Below, one piece after another: positions 41,739-53,153 of a stretch of DNA of 64,000 nucleotides. Within the stretch, counting starts at the first letter, position 1, and the number at the start of each line of letters is the position of its first letter. Under the pieces are notes generated by a model. The model was not told the DNA's origin, did not search any database, and saw only the letters and a program-made list of their open reading frames with translations. Both the position numbers and the translations under genes were made by a program. Origin of the DNA: an uncultured cyanobacterium (GTDB lineage Bacteria > Cyanobacteriota > Cyanobacteriia > Cyanobacteriales > Nostocaceae); assembly GCA_963706595.1 (NCBI GenBank), contig OY970166.1, forward strand, positions 480,001-544,000, given 5' to 3'.

Positions 41739-43610
41739 TCAATGAGATACAGCTAGTGTTTCATCAGTAACCTGGGTATATTGTGTGACGATTTCGCGGA
41801 ATCGTTCACCCTCAATTGTTTCTTGGTCTGCTAACAAATCGACTAAATACTCCAAGGCGGCGCGGTTGTTTTGTAATAGTTCTTTTGCTTCTAGGTAGCA
41901 ATTGTTGATAATTTCCCGGACTTGGGAATCAATTTTGGCGGCAATTTTTTCAGAATAGTCTGATTTATTCATCCAGTCGCGTCCCAAAAATACTTCGCTA
42001 CTTTGATTTTCTAGGGACAATAGACCTAACTCAGACATCCCGAATCGTGTAACCATTTGCCGTGCCATGCTCGTAACCTGTTGCAAATCGTTACTAGCAC
42101 CTGTTGTGACTTCCGGCTTACCGAAAACGATTTCCTCGGCGGCGCGACCACCCAAAGTTGAAGTAATTTTGGCTCTGATTTGAGAACGAGAGATTAAGCC
42201 CTGTTCTTCGTTGGGTGTAAACCAAGTTAATCCTAGTGCTTGACCCCGTGGAATGAGTGTAACTTTCTGCACTGGGTCATGGCCTTTGAGTAATGTGCCG
42301 ACTAAGGCGTGTCCGACTTCATGGTAGGCAATTAAGCGCTTGTTCTTGCTATCTACTAAGGCTGTGCCTTCCATACCCGCTACGACTCGATCTATGGCAT
42401 GATCTATTTCCAGGATGGTGATTGCTTCTTTGCGTCTTCTGGCTGTGAGAATTGCCGCTTCGTTGAGTAAGTTGGCTAAATCTGCACCAGTAAAACCAGG
42501 AGTTCGACGGGCGATCGCCTCTAAAGATATACTAGAGTCAATTTTCTTATTGCGTGCGTGAACTGACAGAATTTCGGCTCGTCCTTTGAGGTCTGGAGCA
42601 TCGACCATCACTTGTCTGTCAAAGCGTCCTGGTCTGAGCAATGCCGAATCTAACACATCTGGGCGGTTAGTAGCAGCAATAATAATAATCCCTGTATTAC
42701 CTTCAAAACCATCCATTTCGGTGAGTAATTGGTTGAGAGTTTGTTCTCTCTCATCATTACCGCCACCGATACCAGTCCCACGTTGTCGTCCCACTGCATC
42801 GATTTCATCGATAAATATTAAGCATGGCGCACTGTCTTTGGCTTTTTTAAACAAATCGCGCACACGGGATGCACCCACACCCACAAACATTTCCACAAAT
42901 TCCGAGCCGGAAATGCTAAAGAAAGGTACACCGGCTTCCCCTGCGATCGCTTTTGCCAGTAAAGTTTTACCAGTCCCAGGCGGTCCAATTAACAAAACAC
43001 CTTTGGGAATGCGTGCGCCCACAGCCGTGAATCTTTCAGGCTGCTTCAGGAAAGTAACGACTTCTCCTAATTCCTCCTTTGCTTCTTCCACCCCAGCTAC
43101 ATCGTCAAACTTCACACCAGTTTTCGCCTCCATTTGAAAACGAGCGCGAGACTTACCAAAATTCATCGCTTGGTTAGAAGCATTGGTAGAGCGTCGGAGG
43201 AACAATAACATTAAAGCTACCAGTGGTAAAATCCATAACAGGTTAATCAACAGCCCCACAGCCACTGTACTGTTAGCAGAGGAAACCCGACCAAAATCCA
43301 CCTTTTGGTCTTTGAGTATGTTAATTAACTCAGTGTTTTGTGCCAAAAGCCTGACTTCTATTGGTGGTGCATCTGGGTCTTGTCCCTTGAGATAAACCTT
43401 GGCTATCTGTTGAGTCTCATCCAGCTCTACTTTTTCTACTTGTCCTGCCTTCGATTTATTGAGTAACTGACCATAAGTAAGGGAGTCGTCGCGCTCTGCT
43501 TTTTGCGCCAAAGCAGGACTACCAATGAAAATACCCGGCAATATGAGTAGACTTGCGGCTAAGGCGGCTGTACGCTGTTTGATCAATGCTTTTTTCCCAA
43601 AATTTTGCAT
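41739..43610 (-). CDS. ftsH: ATP-dependent zinc metalloprotease FtsH
   Basis: [17 protein letters not shown] region, HEVGH. Confidence 0.97.
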   Translation of the reverse strand: MQNFGKKALIKQRTAALAASLLILPGIFIGSPALAQKAERDDSLTYGQLLNKSKAGQVEKVELDETQQIAKVYLKGQDPDAPPIEVRLLAQNTELINILKDQKVDFGRVSSANSTVAVGLLINLLWILPLVALMLLFLRRSTNASNQAMNFGKSRARFQMEAKTGVKFDDVAGVEEAKEELGEVVTFLKQPERFTAVGARIPKGVLLIGPPGTGKTLLAKAIAGEAGVPFFSISGSEFVEMFVGVGASRVRDLFKKAKDSAPCLIFIDEIDAVGRQRGTGIGGGNDEREQTLNQLLTEMDGFEGNTGIIIIAATNRPDVLDSALLRPGRFDRQVMVDAPDLKGRAEILSVHARNKKIDSSISLEAIARRTPGFTGADLANLLNEAAILTARRRKEAITILEIDHAIDRVVAGMEGTALVDSKNKRLIAYHEVGHALVGTLLKGHDPVQKVTLIPRGQALGLTWFTPNEEQGLISRSQIRAKITSTLGGRAAEEIVFGKPEVTTGASNDLQQVTSMARQMVTRFGMSELGLLSLENQSSEVFLGRDWMNKSDYSEKIAAKIDSQVREIINNCYLEAKELLQNNRAALEYLVDLLADQETIEGERFREIVTQYTQVTDETLAVSH

Positions 43611-43875
43611 AATAATTACCTTTTGTCTAGTGGCATTAGCTGAGGGCTAGTTTTATGCCTATTCTTCTAGCAAAAATTACTCTAACTGGAAATCACTATT
43701 TTCTCATCTAGTCTAACTTCTAGACAAAGCTATTCTCCAGTTTCTCTCCTTTGCTATTCAATATTTCCCTAATTATTACTCTACCAACCAGGGAAAAATG
43801 AGAAAAAGTTAGCTCATTGCCAAGAGCTACCGTGTACACACAAGTGATTGAATCACCCCAAATCCTTTAAAAGTA

Positions 43876-45124
43876 GTGGCGTGACAAGCTTAAAATGTTG
43901 CATTAGAATCAACGATTTTGTGAGTTTCAAACACTGGGTAAAGATGTTTAAGTTTGATACGAGCATCATCAGTAGTAAAACGCCAAATAACTTTACCTGC
44001 GGTGCGGTTACGTTCGTTTTGCCAAGCGGTCAATTCTCTAGATAGTTGACAAATACTAGGAATTCGTCGGTCTAGGCACTGTTGGCTTAAAACGCTTAAT
44101 TCAATTTCGGCAACGTTGAGCCAGCTTCCATTGCGAGGAGTGTAATAAATCTCCAGTCTCCTAGCCAAGCGGTGAGCTTCTGGTGCGGGAAAAGCTTCGT
44201 AAAGTGATGTAATGCTATGAGTGTTGAGGTTGTCACATAGCAATTTGACCTTGGTGGCTTGGGGATAGTCTTCATCTAATAGTTGACGGACTTCTTCGGC
44301 CCAATCAACACGAGTCCGATGAGCGCGATTGCTGACACGTCGCCAACCTCTGATCGGGTCAAAAAACATGAACAAAGCTTGGACTCCTTCGCGAGTATAG
44401 TGATAATCTTCTTTTGCATCTTCACCCGGTTCCATTGGTTTTGGCTCATAAAGATGCCCTGTTAATTGTCTAGAAGCTTCATCCATACAGATTAAAGGTT
44501 CCAAATCACTATGTTCTTGGCTGTAGAGGTCTAAAACTACTTCCATTTGAGAGACAAAACGTGCTATATCCCGTTCGGGAATACAAAATCTTTCTGTTTT
44601 CCAGGGGCGTAATTTGTTTTTTTTAATGTCTTTCTAATCGTCTCCCTAGAAATTTCTATGATAATTTTTCGGTTTTGAATTTCTTGCGTCAGTAATCTGA
44701 GACTCCAGTGTGCTTGCCCCGTGGGAGGTTCAGAACAACATAATGCAATGATTTGGGCTTCAGTCTGACCATCTATCTTGCTGACATTTGGTGGTTTTAA
44801 CCTCTGATGACGATTTAAGGCAGGTTCTTCTCCCTGTTCGAGGAACCTCTTCCTGATTCTTGCCACCGTATTGCGATGAACCCTTAACCCTATACTTATT
44901 TCTTCATCTGTCCATTTTTTCCTTGCACCCTCTCCCTCATCGCACATTAACAACACCTGTGCGTGCAATATTTTTTTGGCTGGGGCCTGTCCGTTGCGAG
45001 CGATCGCTTCTAATCTTTTTCTTTTCTCTGTATCTAATATGACTTTATCTCTACGACCTCTCCCCATCAATTTCTCCTTTTTTTTCCTCCATTCTAATGC
45101 ACTATTTTAAGCTTGCCATGCCAG
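43876..45124 (-). mobile_element. IS630 family insertion sequence
   Basis: TIRs GTGGCGTGACAAGCTTAAAATGTTGCATTAG / CTAATGCACTATTTTAAGCTTGCCATGCCAG with flanking TA. Confidence 0.9.
43890..45070 (-). CDS. IS630 transposase (orfA + orfB, probable programmed -1 frameshift)
   Basis: HTH orfA 44564-45070; A8 run at 44617-44624; DDE motifs CMDEAS, CDNLNTH, WLNVAEIELS. Confidence 0.88.
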
Positions 45125-45126
45125 TA

Positions 45127-45339
45127 GTAGCGTGGCAAGCTTAAAATAGTGCATTAGGTAAAAAGCAGAAAACATTGATTTATCTCGATTTTCTCAAAAA
45201 TCTATTGCAACATTTTAGCCTTGTCACGCCAGTAGTGGCGTGGCAAGCTTAAAATAGTGCATTAGGAAAAAGCCGAAAACATTGATTTATCTCAATTTTC
45301 TCAAAAATCTATTGCAACATTTTAGCCTTGCCACGCCAG
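45127..45339 (+). mobile_element. Two tandem MITEs (106 and 105 bp) with the IS630 ends
   Basis: 45127-45232 and 45235-45339, near-identical, separated and flanked by TA. Confidence 0.88.
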
Positions 45340-45419
45340 TAGGGTGTGTTATGCCGAAGGCTAACGCGCCATCCCAGATTTTCGGTGATTAAATTATTTC
45401 TACTTGTCAGTTGTGTTGA

Positions 45420-46229
45420 TTAACACCGGATTCGACTAATGGGGATACACATTGGTGTCCCAGCAACGGGGTCTGTAACAATTTGGGAATCTAGCCCAAA
45501 GACTTCTTGCACAGTAGTTTTATTCATCACTTCTTCTGGCGTACCATAACTATGAACCCTACCCTGTTTTACCGCCACTAAATAATCTGCATAACGACAA
45601 GCTTGGTTTAAATCATGTAATACCATTACTAAAGTTCTGCCATGATTTTGGTTTAATTCCCATAGCAAATCTAAAACTTCAATTTGATGTGCTAAATCTA
45701 AAAAAGTTGTGGGTTCATCTAATAGTAATATATCCGTATTCTGCGCCAATGCCATCGCAATCCAAGCCCGTTGTCGCTGTCCACCAGAAAGAGTATCTAA
45801 CTCCCGTTCAGCTAGTTCTTTCATTCTAGTGGTTTCTAAGGCTATCTCTACAAACCTTTCATCTTCTTTAGTCCACTGCTGCATCCAATTTTGATAAGGA
45901 AATCGCCCACAAGCCACTAAGTCACGTACTGTTAAACCTTCTGGTGCAACTGGACCTTGAGCCAAAATGCCTAATTTTCTAGCGACATCTTTTGTGGATA
46001 ACTTAAATAAATCTGCCGCATCTAAATAAACTGTGCCTCCATGCGGTTTTAATAACCTAGCTAACCCTCGTAGAAGTGTAGATTTACCGCAACCATTAGC
46101 ACCAACTAAGGCAGTAATTTTTCCTTGGGAGATAGTCAAATCTAAATTTTTGACTATGGTTATGCCATCATAACCTAGAGTTAAGTTGTTGGCTGATAGT
46201 TGATGAGAAAGCTGAGTATCTAATTTCAT
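45420..46229 (-). CDS. fecE: Iron-siderophore ABC transporter ATPase (FecE/FhuC)
   Basis: [29 protein letters not shown]; start MKLDTQ coupled to the upstream stop. Confidence 0.9.
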   Translation of the reverse strand: MKLDTQLSHQLSANNLTLGYDGITIVKNLDLTISQGKITALVGANGCGKSTLLRGLARLLKPHGGTVYLDAADLFKLSTKDVARKLGILAQGPVAPEGLTVRDLVACGRFPYQNWMQQWTKEDERFVEIALETTRMKELAERELDTLSGGQRQRAWIAMALAQNTDILLLDEPTTFLDLAHQIEVLDLLWELNQNHGRTLVMVLHDLNQACRYADYLVAVKQGRVHSYGTPEEVMNKTTVQEVFGLDSQIVTDPVAGTPMCIPISRIRC

Positions 46230-47272
46230 TTTTTCCGGGTTTTTACTAATAGATATATAAAGTAAGGAGCGCCAATTACCGCAGTCACAATTCCACAAGG
46301 AAGTTCCACGGGAGCGAAAACAATTCTGCCCAACAAATCAGCAATAACTACAAGCATTGCTCCCCATATTGCTGATACAGGAATTAACCCTTGATGATTA
46401 CCACCAACTAACTGACGGGCAATGTGAGGCGCAATTAATCCGACAAAACCAATGGTTCCAGCCGTGGCGACTGCTGCACCAGAAAGTGCGGCACTAATTA
46501 ATATTAAAAAACTGCGTTGCCACTCTACCCGACTCCCTAAACCTTTTGCTAATTCATCGCCTAAAGCTAAAGCGTTTAATTGTGGGGCGCTAACTAAAGC
46601 TAAGGGGATAAATACTATCAACCAAGGTAATAAAGCTACTAGCTGTTCCCAACTACGTCCATAAACACTACCAGCTAGCCAAACTAAGGCTTGACTAACA
46701 TTGTTAATCTCGCCAAATGTCACCAATAGGCTAGTAAAAGCACCAGTGACAGCAGAAATTCCGACACCAATTAAAATTAGGCGAATGGGATGAGTCCCAC
46801 TATCCCAAGCTAGTAGGTAAATGATTATAGAAGCAGCTAAAGCACCAGCAAAGGCGGCCAGAGGCAAACTTCCCGCCGGTAAGCTGGGAAACAGCACAAT
46901 TAAAGCTACCGCAGCTAAACCAGCACCTGCATTAATGCCAATAATACCTGGATCTGCTAAAGGATTTCTGGTGATACCTTGCATAATTGTGCCGGAAATT
47001 GCTAAGGCCATGCCCACAAGTCCGGCTGTTAAAGTTCGCGGTAATCTCAGGGTTTTGATGACAAAAGCATATTCTGGATTTCCTGTATCTATGCCTAAAA
47101 CTGTTTGAATTACGGCGAGGGGTGGTGTGGGATATTCGCCGATGGAAGTGCTAATTACCATTGTTACCAAAGTAATGATGACTAAAAGTAGTAAAACAAT
47201 GGGAACACGTTTTTGGAGGCGGAAAGAAATCGGAAATGTTTTAGACCGGAAAATTAAGCTGTTATTCCTCAT
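46226..47272 (-). CDS. fecD: Iron-siderophore ABC permease (FecD-like)
   Basis: [26 protein letters not shown]. Confidence 0.88.
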   Translation of the reverse strand: MRNNSLIFRSKTFPISFRLQKRVPIVLLLLVIITLVTMVISTSIGEYPTPPLAVIQTVLGIDTGNPEYAFVIKTLRLPRTLTAGLVGMALAISGTIMQGITRNPLADPGIIGINAGAGLAAVALIVLFPSLPAGSLPLAAFAGALAASIIIYLLAWDSGTHPIRLILIGVGISAVTGAFTSLLVTFGEINNVSQALVWLAGSVYGRSWEQLVALLPWLIVFIPLALVSAPQLNALALGDELAKGLGSRVEWQRSFLILISAALSGAAVATAGTIGFVGLIAPHIARQLVGGNHQGLIPVSAIWGAMLVVIADLLGRIVFAPVELPCGIVTAVIGAPYFIYLLVKTRKK

Positions 47273-48300
47273 TTTTTGATTTTATTTTTGGCTAAATAAA
47301 TGAAGAATGGCGCACCGACTAAGGCTGTCATAATCCCTACGGGGATTTCTTGGGGTCGAATTACCAATCTGGCAATGATATCTGAACTTAGGAGGAGAAT
47401 TGAGCCAAAAAGGGCGCTATAAGGTAGAATCCATCGGTAATCTACTCCAACGAAGAAGCGAACTATATGGGGAACCACTAAACCAATAAATCCAATCCCA
47501 CCAGCAACTGCGACTGCACTACCTTGCAGTAGAAAAACACTAATGGCGGCGGCGATTTTTATCCATAGGGTTTGTTGACCTAATCCTTGGGCAATATCTT
47601 CTCCCAGACTGAGAATGGTGATTTGTCTTCCCAGGAGGAATGCCAAGATTAAGCCAATACAAATGTAAGGCAATACTTGACTAATGAGATTCGCATCAGC
47701 ACCGGCTAAGGAACCTGCTAGCCAAAAGCGAATTTCTTCTAATGTGCGTTGACTGACAATTAAAATGGTAGTAATTAGTGATGCAAGTAAGGCGCTAATA
47801 GCTGCACCAGCAATAGTCAGATTGAGAGGTGTGATGCCACTGCGACCCAAGGAAGCTAAAAAATAAACACTTATAGCTGTAATTCCAGCACCTGTGAAGG
47901 CATACCAAATATAAACACTGGGTGCAGATGTGCCAAAGATAAAAATAGCGATGACAACGGCGAAGGATGCACCGGCGTTAATTCCTAAAATGCCTGGGTC
48001 GGCTAAGGGGTTGCGGGTTATACCTTGCATGAGTGCGCCTGATACGGAAATTGCTGCACCTACCATGACAGCGAGGAGCGATCGCGGTAGTCTGACTGTA
48101 CGAATAATTAAATGGTCTTTTGAGCCATCAAAGTCAGTCAAAGCTGTATAAACTGTATGCCAGGATATATCTGCTGCGCCGAGAGTAACGCTAAAAATTA
48201 GGCAGATTACGAGAATTAGCAATCCTAAAACTAAACCCGCAACGGGTTTAGTTAGGGACTGTACAAATCCTCTATTTAAGGAGGAAGTTGATTTACTCAT
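47269..48300 (-). CDS. fecC: Iron-siderophore ABC permease (FecC-like)
   Basis: [26 protein letters not shown]. Confidence 0.88.
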   Translation of the reverse strand: MSKSTSSLNRGFVQSLTKPVAGLVLGLLILVICLIFSVTLGAADISWHTVYTALTDFDGSKDHLIIRTVRLPRSLLAVMVGAAISVSGALMQGITRNPLADPGILGINAGASFAVVIAIFIFGTSAPSVYIWYAFTGAGITAISVYFLASLGRSGITPLNLTIAGAAISALLASLITTILIVSQRTLEEIRFWLAGSLAGADANLISQVLPYICIGLILAFLLGRQITILSLGEDIAQGLGQQTLWIKIAAAISVFLLQGSAVAVAGGIGFIGLVVPHIVRFFVGVDYRWILPYSALFGSILLLSSDIIARLVIRPQEIPVGIMTALVGAPFFIYLAKNKIKK

Positions 48301-48304
48301 CCAT

Positions 48305-48352
48305 CTGATATTATTCTCAATAAATTTGAAAATGATTGATAATTTATATCAA
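48305..48352 (-). promoter_or_regulatory. Probable Fur boxes upstream of the iron transporter
   Basis: TGATATTATTCTCAAT and TTGATAATTTATATCAA AT-rich palindromes. Confidence 0.5.
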
Positions 48353-48693
48353 GTACATATAAAACTAAATAGCATAAATTCTTATTTATTTAAATAGTTT
48401 CATCGAATTAATCCGCTAAAAGCAGACATCTCATCACAATTTTTTATTTGCCGTGAGATAGAATTTACCCCTACCTGATATTTAGAAACTGAGAATAAAG
48501 CCTAATAATGCCTGAAAATTAGCAATTTACAGCTATTTTGCTGAGTTCAAGCCCAGATTAGGAGCAGATTTCACCAGACCTGCTTTTAGACAGAGATAGG
48601 TTTATGTCTGGAGAATTATGAATAATGCCTAGATGCTGCTTATAGTTCAACTTAAGTAGGTAACTACTTAATACGTAAGTGAGGTAAAGAATT

Positions 48694-48933
48694 ATGTCAA
48701 TACAAACCATCAAAACTGATCTGATTGATTTATCGCTAGAAGAGCAGGAACTTTTATCTGGAGGACGAAAACAAGACAAAGGTGAAAACGGAGGCGGCAC
48801 AATCCGAGTTGATGATGCCGTATTTAAATATGGGGGCGAAGAATACCCTGCACAGATTTTTGTTCGTGTTCAAGATTTGCCCACTCCCGATAGCTCTTCA
48901 GAAGAAGAAGAGGAAGAAGAAAGTGGCGACTAA
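48694..48933 (+). CDS. Double-glycine-leader peptide, second paralog
   Basis: DLSLEEQELLSGG leader, poly-Glu tail; GAGG RBS. Confidence 0.72.
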   Translation: MSIQTIKTDLIDLSLEEQELLSGGRKQDKGENGGGTIRVDDAVFKYGGEEYPAQIFVRVQDLPTPDSSSEEEEEEESGD

Positions 48934-49184
48934 TGCAAGGGTTTTGTCTAGCTATTTTCTGTAAAATATAGCACCTCATTCTCACTCCTCTCCTGACCGA
49001 AAAAATGGTAGGTTGGGTAGAACGAAGTGAAACCCAACATTTGTGAGACTTTGTTGGGTTTCATCATATCTTGCGCCAGGGGATATTTTTTGTATTTGCG
49101 CGATGCTTTATTTCTGACCAATACTTCCTTGCTGGTAAAACCTCCCAGATTTATCTGTGGAATCAAAATAAACAGGAGATTTGA

Positions 49185-49808
49185 TTAATAAAGCTGCTCT
49201 AATTTCTCGAAGTCTTGCTGCACTTCTATGGCCAGAGCTTTATTCTGAGGATTTGTCTTGAGGGCTTTTTTGAGATAAATTCTGGCTTTTAAGAGTTGAT
49301 TATCTGAAATTAACGCCCGTCCCCAGATTTGATAGGCAACGGCCTGCCATTGGCTAACTTCTGTATCTGTGGGTAAACGTGCGGCTAAAGCTTCCACCAG
49401 AGCGATCGCTTGGGGAAATTTCCTTTCTTTTAAAAATCGTTGCAGTTGTTCATAAGTCTTCCACTTCAGCCGATGTTCTATTTCCGCCAGATGAGGCGGC
49501 TTTGGTATCGGCGGTTTTTCCACTGTGACTGTGGTTGTTGGTGCTTTTTCTGAGCGTGTGGACTGGCTAGCATTACGCCTAAACGTAGAGGAATGACTCG
49601 ACGGTTGGGCGATCTCCTCGGCAGGTACTACCGTTAAAAGGAGTTTGTAAGCCTCTGTCAAAGCAATAAATTTATCTTTAGCCTTGATGTCATTTGGGTT
49701 AATATCCGGATGATATTGCTGCGCCAATCGTCTGTAAGACGCTTTGATGTCAGCAAAGGAGGCTCCTGACCTTAAACCCAACAAACGGTAGCAATCTCCA
49801 AGATCCAT
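49185..49808 (-). CDS. J-domain (DnaJ-like) protein with TPR-like C-terminus
   Basis: YRLLGL...YRRLAQQYHPD...AYKLL. Confidence 0.9.
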   Translation of the reverse strand: MDLGDCYRLLGLRSGASFADIKASYRRLAQQYHPDINPNDIKAKDKFIALTEAYKLLLTVVPAEEIAQPSSHSSTFRRNASQSTRSEKAPTTTVTVEKPPIPKPPHLAEIEHRLKWKTYEQLQRFLKERKFPQAIALVEALAARLPTDTEVSQWQAVAYQIWGRALISDNQLLKARIYLKKALKTNPQNKALAIEVQQDFEKLEQLY

Positions 49809-50181
49809 CTTGATCTATCAGCTATTAGCTTCCAGCTTTAAATTACTAATTATAAAGAATAATCATCTTATTTATAGTTCACATTTAAATGTTTTTGGGG
49901 AATTTTACCTGGGGCTATTAGTTTCCGATCAACAAGCCTGAGCTAATGCGGATGAGTATCTACTCAATTAAGCAGACAATTTGGCTGAAATACCCCAGAT
50001 TTCCCCAGGGTATGGGATCAGGGTAAAGCTAGGGTAATTCCTGAGTTTTGAGCATAAATTTGTGGGGATTTAACCATTTTCTGATCTGGTGAGTTATGCG
50101 AAGCGACCCGGTTGATGGGACAATGAAAACGAGAAATCACCCTTGTCTGATTTTGTTTCCAGCCCAAAGGAACCTTGAGAA

Positions 50182-50727
50182 ATGTGTAAAAAAATTGTAT
50201 TTATTTTGTTATTGGTGTTTAGCCTCAGTATAAGTAATCCTGGTGTAGCTGCTGCGGCTGGATTCAACAGCTTTGTAGACTCTTATGATGGCTATGAGTT
50301 TTTATACCCTAACGGCTGGGTACAAGTTAAAGTTGCCGATGGACCTGATGTAGTCTTTCACGATTTGATTGAAATATCGGAAAATGTCTCTGTGGTCATT
50401 AGCCCAGTTCCTGATGACAAAAGCTTGACGGAACTGGGAACACCCACAGAAGTAGGCTATAAGCTAGGAAAGGCGGCTCTGGCTCCTCCTGATTCTGGTC
50501 GTTCGGCGGAATTGATCAATGCTTTTGAGAGAGAATCAAAGGGGAAAACATACTATATCTTAGAGTATGAGGTGAAATTGCCTAATCGGGAAGACAGACA
50601 TAATGTGACTAGTGTTGCTGTCAGCCGTGGTAAGTTATATACTTTCAATGCTTCAATTCCCGAAAGACGTTGGTCGAGAGTTCAAAGCTTGATGGACAAT
50701 GTTGTAAGTTCTTTCTCGGTGTATTAA
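50182..50727 (+). CDS. psbP: Photosystem II CyanoP/PsbP
   Basis: Signal peptide, DGYEFLYPNGW, VAVSRGKLYTF. Confidence 0.9.
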   Translation: MCKKIVFILLLVFSLSISNPGVAAAAGFNSFVDSYDGYEFLYPNGWVQVKVADGPDVVFHDLIEISENVSVVISPVPDDKSLTELGTPTEVGYKLGKAALAPPDSGRSAELINAFERESKGKTYYILEYEVKLPNREDRHNVTSVAVSRGKLYTFNASIPERRWSRVQSLMDNVVSSFSVY

Positions 50728-50796
50728 TAAGAAACGGGGGAATCAAGGGAAATTTCTAGATTCTTCCCTAATGCCTAATTGAAAATTGCCATTTTT

Positions 50797-51390
50797 ATGA
50801 AAACACCTCAATTTGTACTTGCTTCAGCTTCGCCGGCGCGCCACCGCTTGCTACAAACTGTTGGGATTACACCGATAGTTAAGCCTAGTGATTTTGATGA
50901 GTCGCAAATTCAACTGAATGAACCTGCACAGTTAGTACAAATTCTGGCACAACGCAAGGCAGAAACTGTAGTTCCCCAGTTTGAATCAGCTTTGATTATG
51001 GGTTGTGATTCGGTTTTGGCTGTGAATGGTGAGATTTATGGTAAGCCAGCCGATGCTACGGAAGCGATCGCACGTTGGCATTTAATGCAAGGTAAGTTTG
51101 GTGAGTTGTATACTGGTCATGTGTTGATTGACCTTTGCCAAAACCGCACTTTAGTTAGGTGTCAGGTAACAAGAGTATACTTTGCCAAAATGAGCGATCG
51201 CACTATTCAAGCCTACGTTGCTACAGGCGAACCCCTCAAGTGTGCTGGTGCTTTCGCCCTTGAGGGTTTTGGTAGTTTATTTGTGGAAAAAATCGAAGGT
51301 TGTCACAGCAATGTCATTGGATTGAGTTTACCCCTGCTGCGACAGATGTTAGAAGATTTGGAATATGATGTGACTGATTTCTGGCAATAG
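50797..51390 (+). CDS. maf: Maf nucleoside triphosphate pyrophosphatase
   Basis: [23 protein letters not shown]. Confidence 0.92.
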   Translation: MKTPQFVLASASPARHRLLQTVGITPIVKPSDFDESQIQLNEPAQLVQILAQRKAETVVPQFESALIMGCDSVLAVNGEIYGKPADATEAIARWHLMQGKFGELYTGHVLIDLCQNRTLVRCQVTRVYFAKMSDRTIQAYVATGEPLKCAGAFALEGFGSLFVEKIEGCHSNVIGLSLPLLRQMLEDLEYDVTDFWQ

Positions 51391-51399
51391 TTAATTTTG

Positions 51400-51650
51400 C
51401 GTCAGCCAGTAGGTGTTTAAAAAGCAATTTGGATTTTAACGTCGCAAATGCTTACGCTGTATGGTTTTGAACCCTCTAAATCTGATATTGAGGTTGACGC
51501 AAAGGCACGAAACTATTGCTGTAGTTGCTTTTGAGGATATTTGTTCAAGTGTTAGTCTTGACACCTTTGTGCCTGAAACGTTATTGTTGTTTTAGATTGA
51601 CGCAACTGTACCTTGAAAACTACATATTTAAAGGCTTTCAGCCCTGTGCT
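51400..51650 (+). promoter_or_regulatory. CRISPR leader
   Basis: Non-coding, repeated TTGACGCAA motifs, adjacent to the non-degenerate end of the array. Confidence 0.65.
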
Positions 51651-52778
51651 GTTAAAATCACCCATAATCCCTATCAGGGATTGAAACGAATCTTTTTATA
51701 TTAATGGTTCTGAGAATCAATAGTTAAAATCACCCATAATCCCTATCAGGGATTGAAACTGAGAAAATCCCCACCAAGGATTAGATTGCAATTGTTAAAA
51801 TCACCCATAATCCCTATCAGGGATTGAAACCGATAATTCTGATATAATTGTTTAGGAGGTTTTTAGTTAAAATCACCCATAATCCCTATCAGGGATTGAA
51901 ACCCATCTGATTGGACTTGGGGGTACAGGCAAGGGGTTAAAATCACCCATAATCCCTATCAGGGATTGAAACATACAAGGTCACTAGGTTGCGGAAGTAT
52001 TGCTATATATGTTAAAATCACCCATAATCCCTATCAGGGATTGAAACTGGTTTTAAATGAAAATATTATCTGATATTTTTAAGTTAAAATCACCCATAAT
52101 CCCTATCAGGGATTGAAACCTTGACACCCTTAGATAAAATAGGATAGCGGGGAGTTAAAATCACCCATAATCCCTATCAGGGATTGAAACATACTTGAAT
52201 TTAAAAGCCGTTTTATTTTTCTCCTCAGGTTAAAATCACCCATAATCCCTATCAGGGATTGAAACCATCAACGTGCTTTTGACTTGGCTATGAGCAAGAG
52301 CGTTAAAATCACCCATAATCCCTATCAGGGATTGAAACTACTGCTCATTTTCAGATTAATATTATCGGAGCTAAGTTAAAATCACCCATAATACCTATCA
52401 GGGATTGAAACAGTCAACCCCAAGTTTTAACTGCTGTACCGTAGTGTTAAAATCACCCATAATCCCTATCAGGGATTGAAACGTTAAATTTTAATTGGTG
52501 TATTATGGTAGCTATAAGTTAAAATCACCCATAATCCCTATCAGGGATTGAAACCCCAAAAGCGCATAAATTTTGTGATTGGGAATGTTAAAATCACCCA
52601 TAATCCCTATCAGGGATTGAAACTGAATCCAATTAGTTTTAAGTGGGCAGATTTGATGTTGTTAAAATCACCCATAATCCCTATCAGGGATTGAAACGTT
52701 CACAGATCAATTCTTCTAGTAGGGAATACTCACCCGAAAGAGTTAAAATCACCCATAATCCCTATTAGGGATTGAAAC
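51651..52778 (+). CRISPR. CRISPR array, 16 repeats / 15 spacers, type I-D-like repeat
   Basis: 37-bp GTTAAAATCACCCATAATCCCTATCAGGGATTGAAAC; spacers 32-44 bp; single-base variants in repeats 11 and 16. Confidence 0.98.
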
Positions 52779-52900
52779 TAATATAGATATAATGTGAAGT
52801 TAAGGAAATAAGCAATCGCCAAAGAAGTATGCCAGCTAAAACTATTACAGGTATAGCTTGGGGTTCAACTTTGAATTTTGACTTATCAGAGGTACTCAAA

Positions 52901-53146
52901 ATGAGCGATAACAAATTGCTACAAAGGATTAAGTTTGACAAAAATATTTTGGCTGGTAAACCAATTATTCGGGGATTAAGAATACCAGTAGCAATGATTT
53001 TAGAATTACTAGCTAAAGGTGCTAGTAATCAAGAAATTATGGAAGATTACCCGGAATTAGAACTAGAAGATATCCAAGCAGCGTTATTTTACGCTTATTA
53101 TCTGGTTTCTCAAGAAGAGGTTGTAGACAGGGCAACTGCATCCTAA
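52901..53146 (+). CDS. DUF433 antitoxin
   Basis: GKPIIRGLRIPV...DYPELELEDIQAAL; GAGG RBS before ATG 52901. Confidence 0.9.
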   Translation: MSDNKLLQRIKFDKNILAGKPIIRGLRIPVAMILELLAKGASNQEIMEDYPELELEDIQAALFYAYYLVSQEEVVDRATAS

Positions 53147-53153
53147 ACCATAT

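Noticed and set aside
41531..41770. 79-aa ORF downstream of ftsH
   Set aside because: Built from hairpin and heptamer repeats (CCCTGCT-type), not a credible protein
42586..43137. 183-aa plus-strand ORF and similar shadow ORFs elsewhere
   Set aside because: Antisense shadows of well-supported genes (here ftsH)
44546..44630. IS630 transposase as a broken pseudogene
   Set aside because: The split falls at an A-run typical of programmed frameshifting in IS630; DDE residues and TIRs are intact
45127..45339. Mini CRISPR array
   Set aside because: The whole units are near-identical with no unique spacers, and they match the IS630 ends
51831..52374. Apparent similarity among spacers 3, 6 and 10 (ATAAT..TCTGA)
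   Set aside because: Short, gapped and AT-rich; consistent with chance
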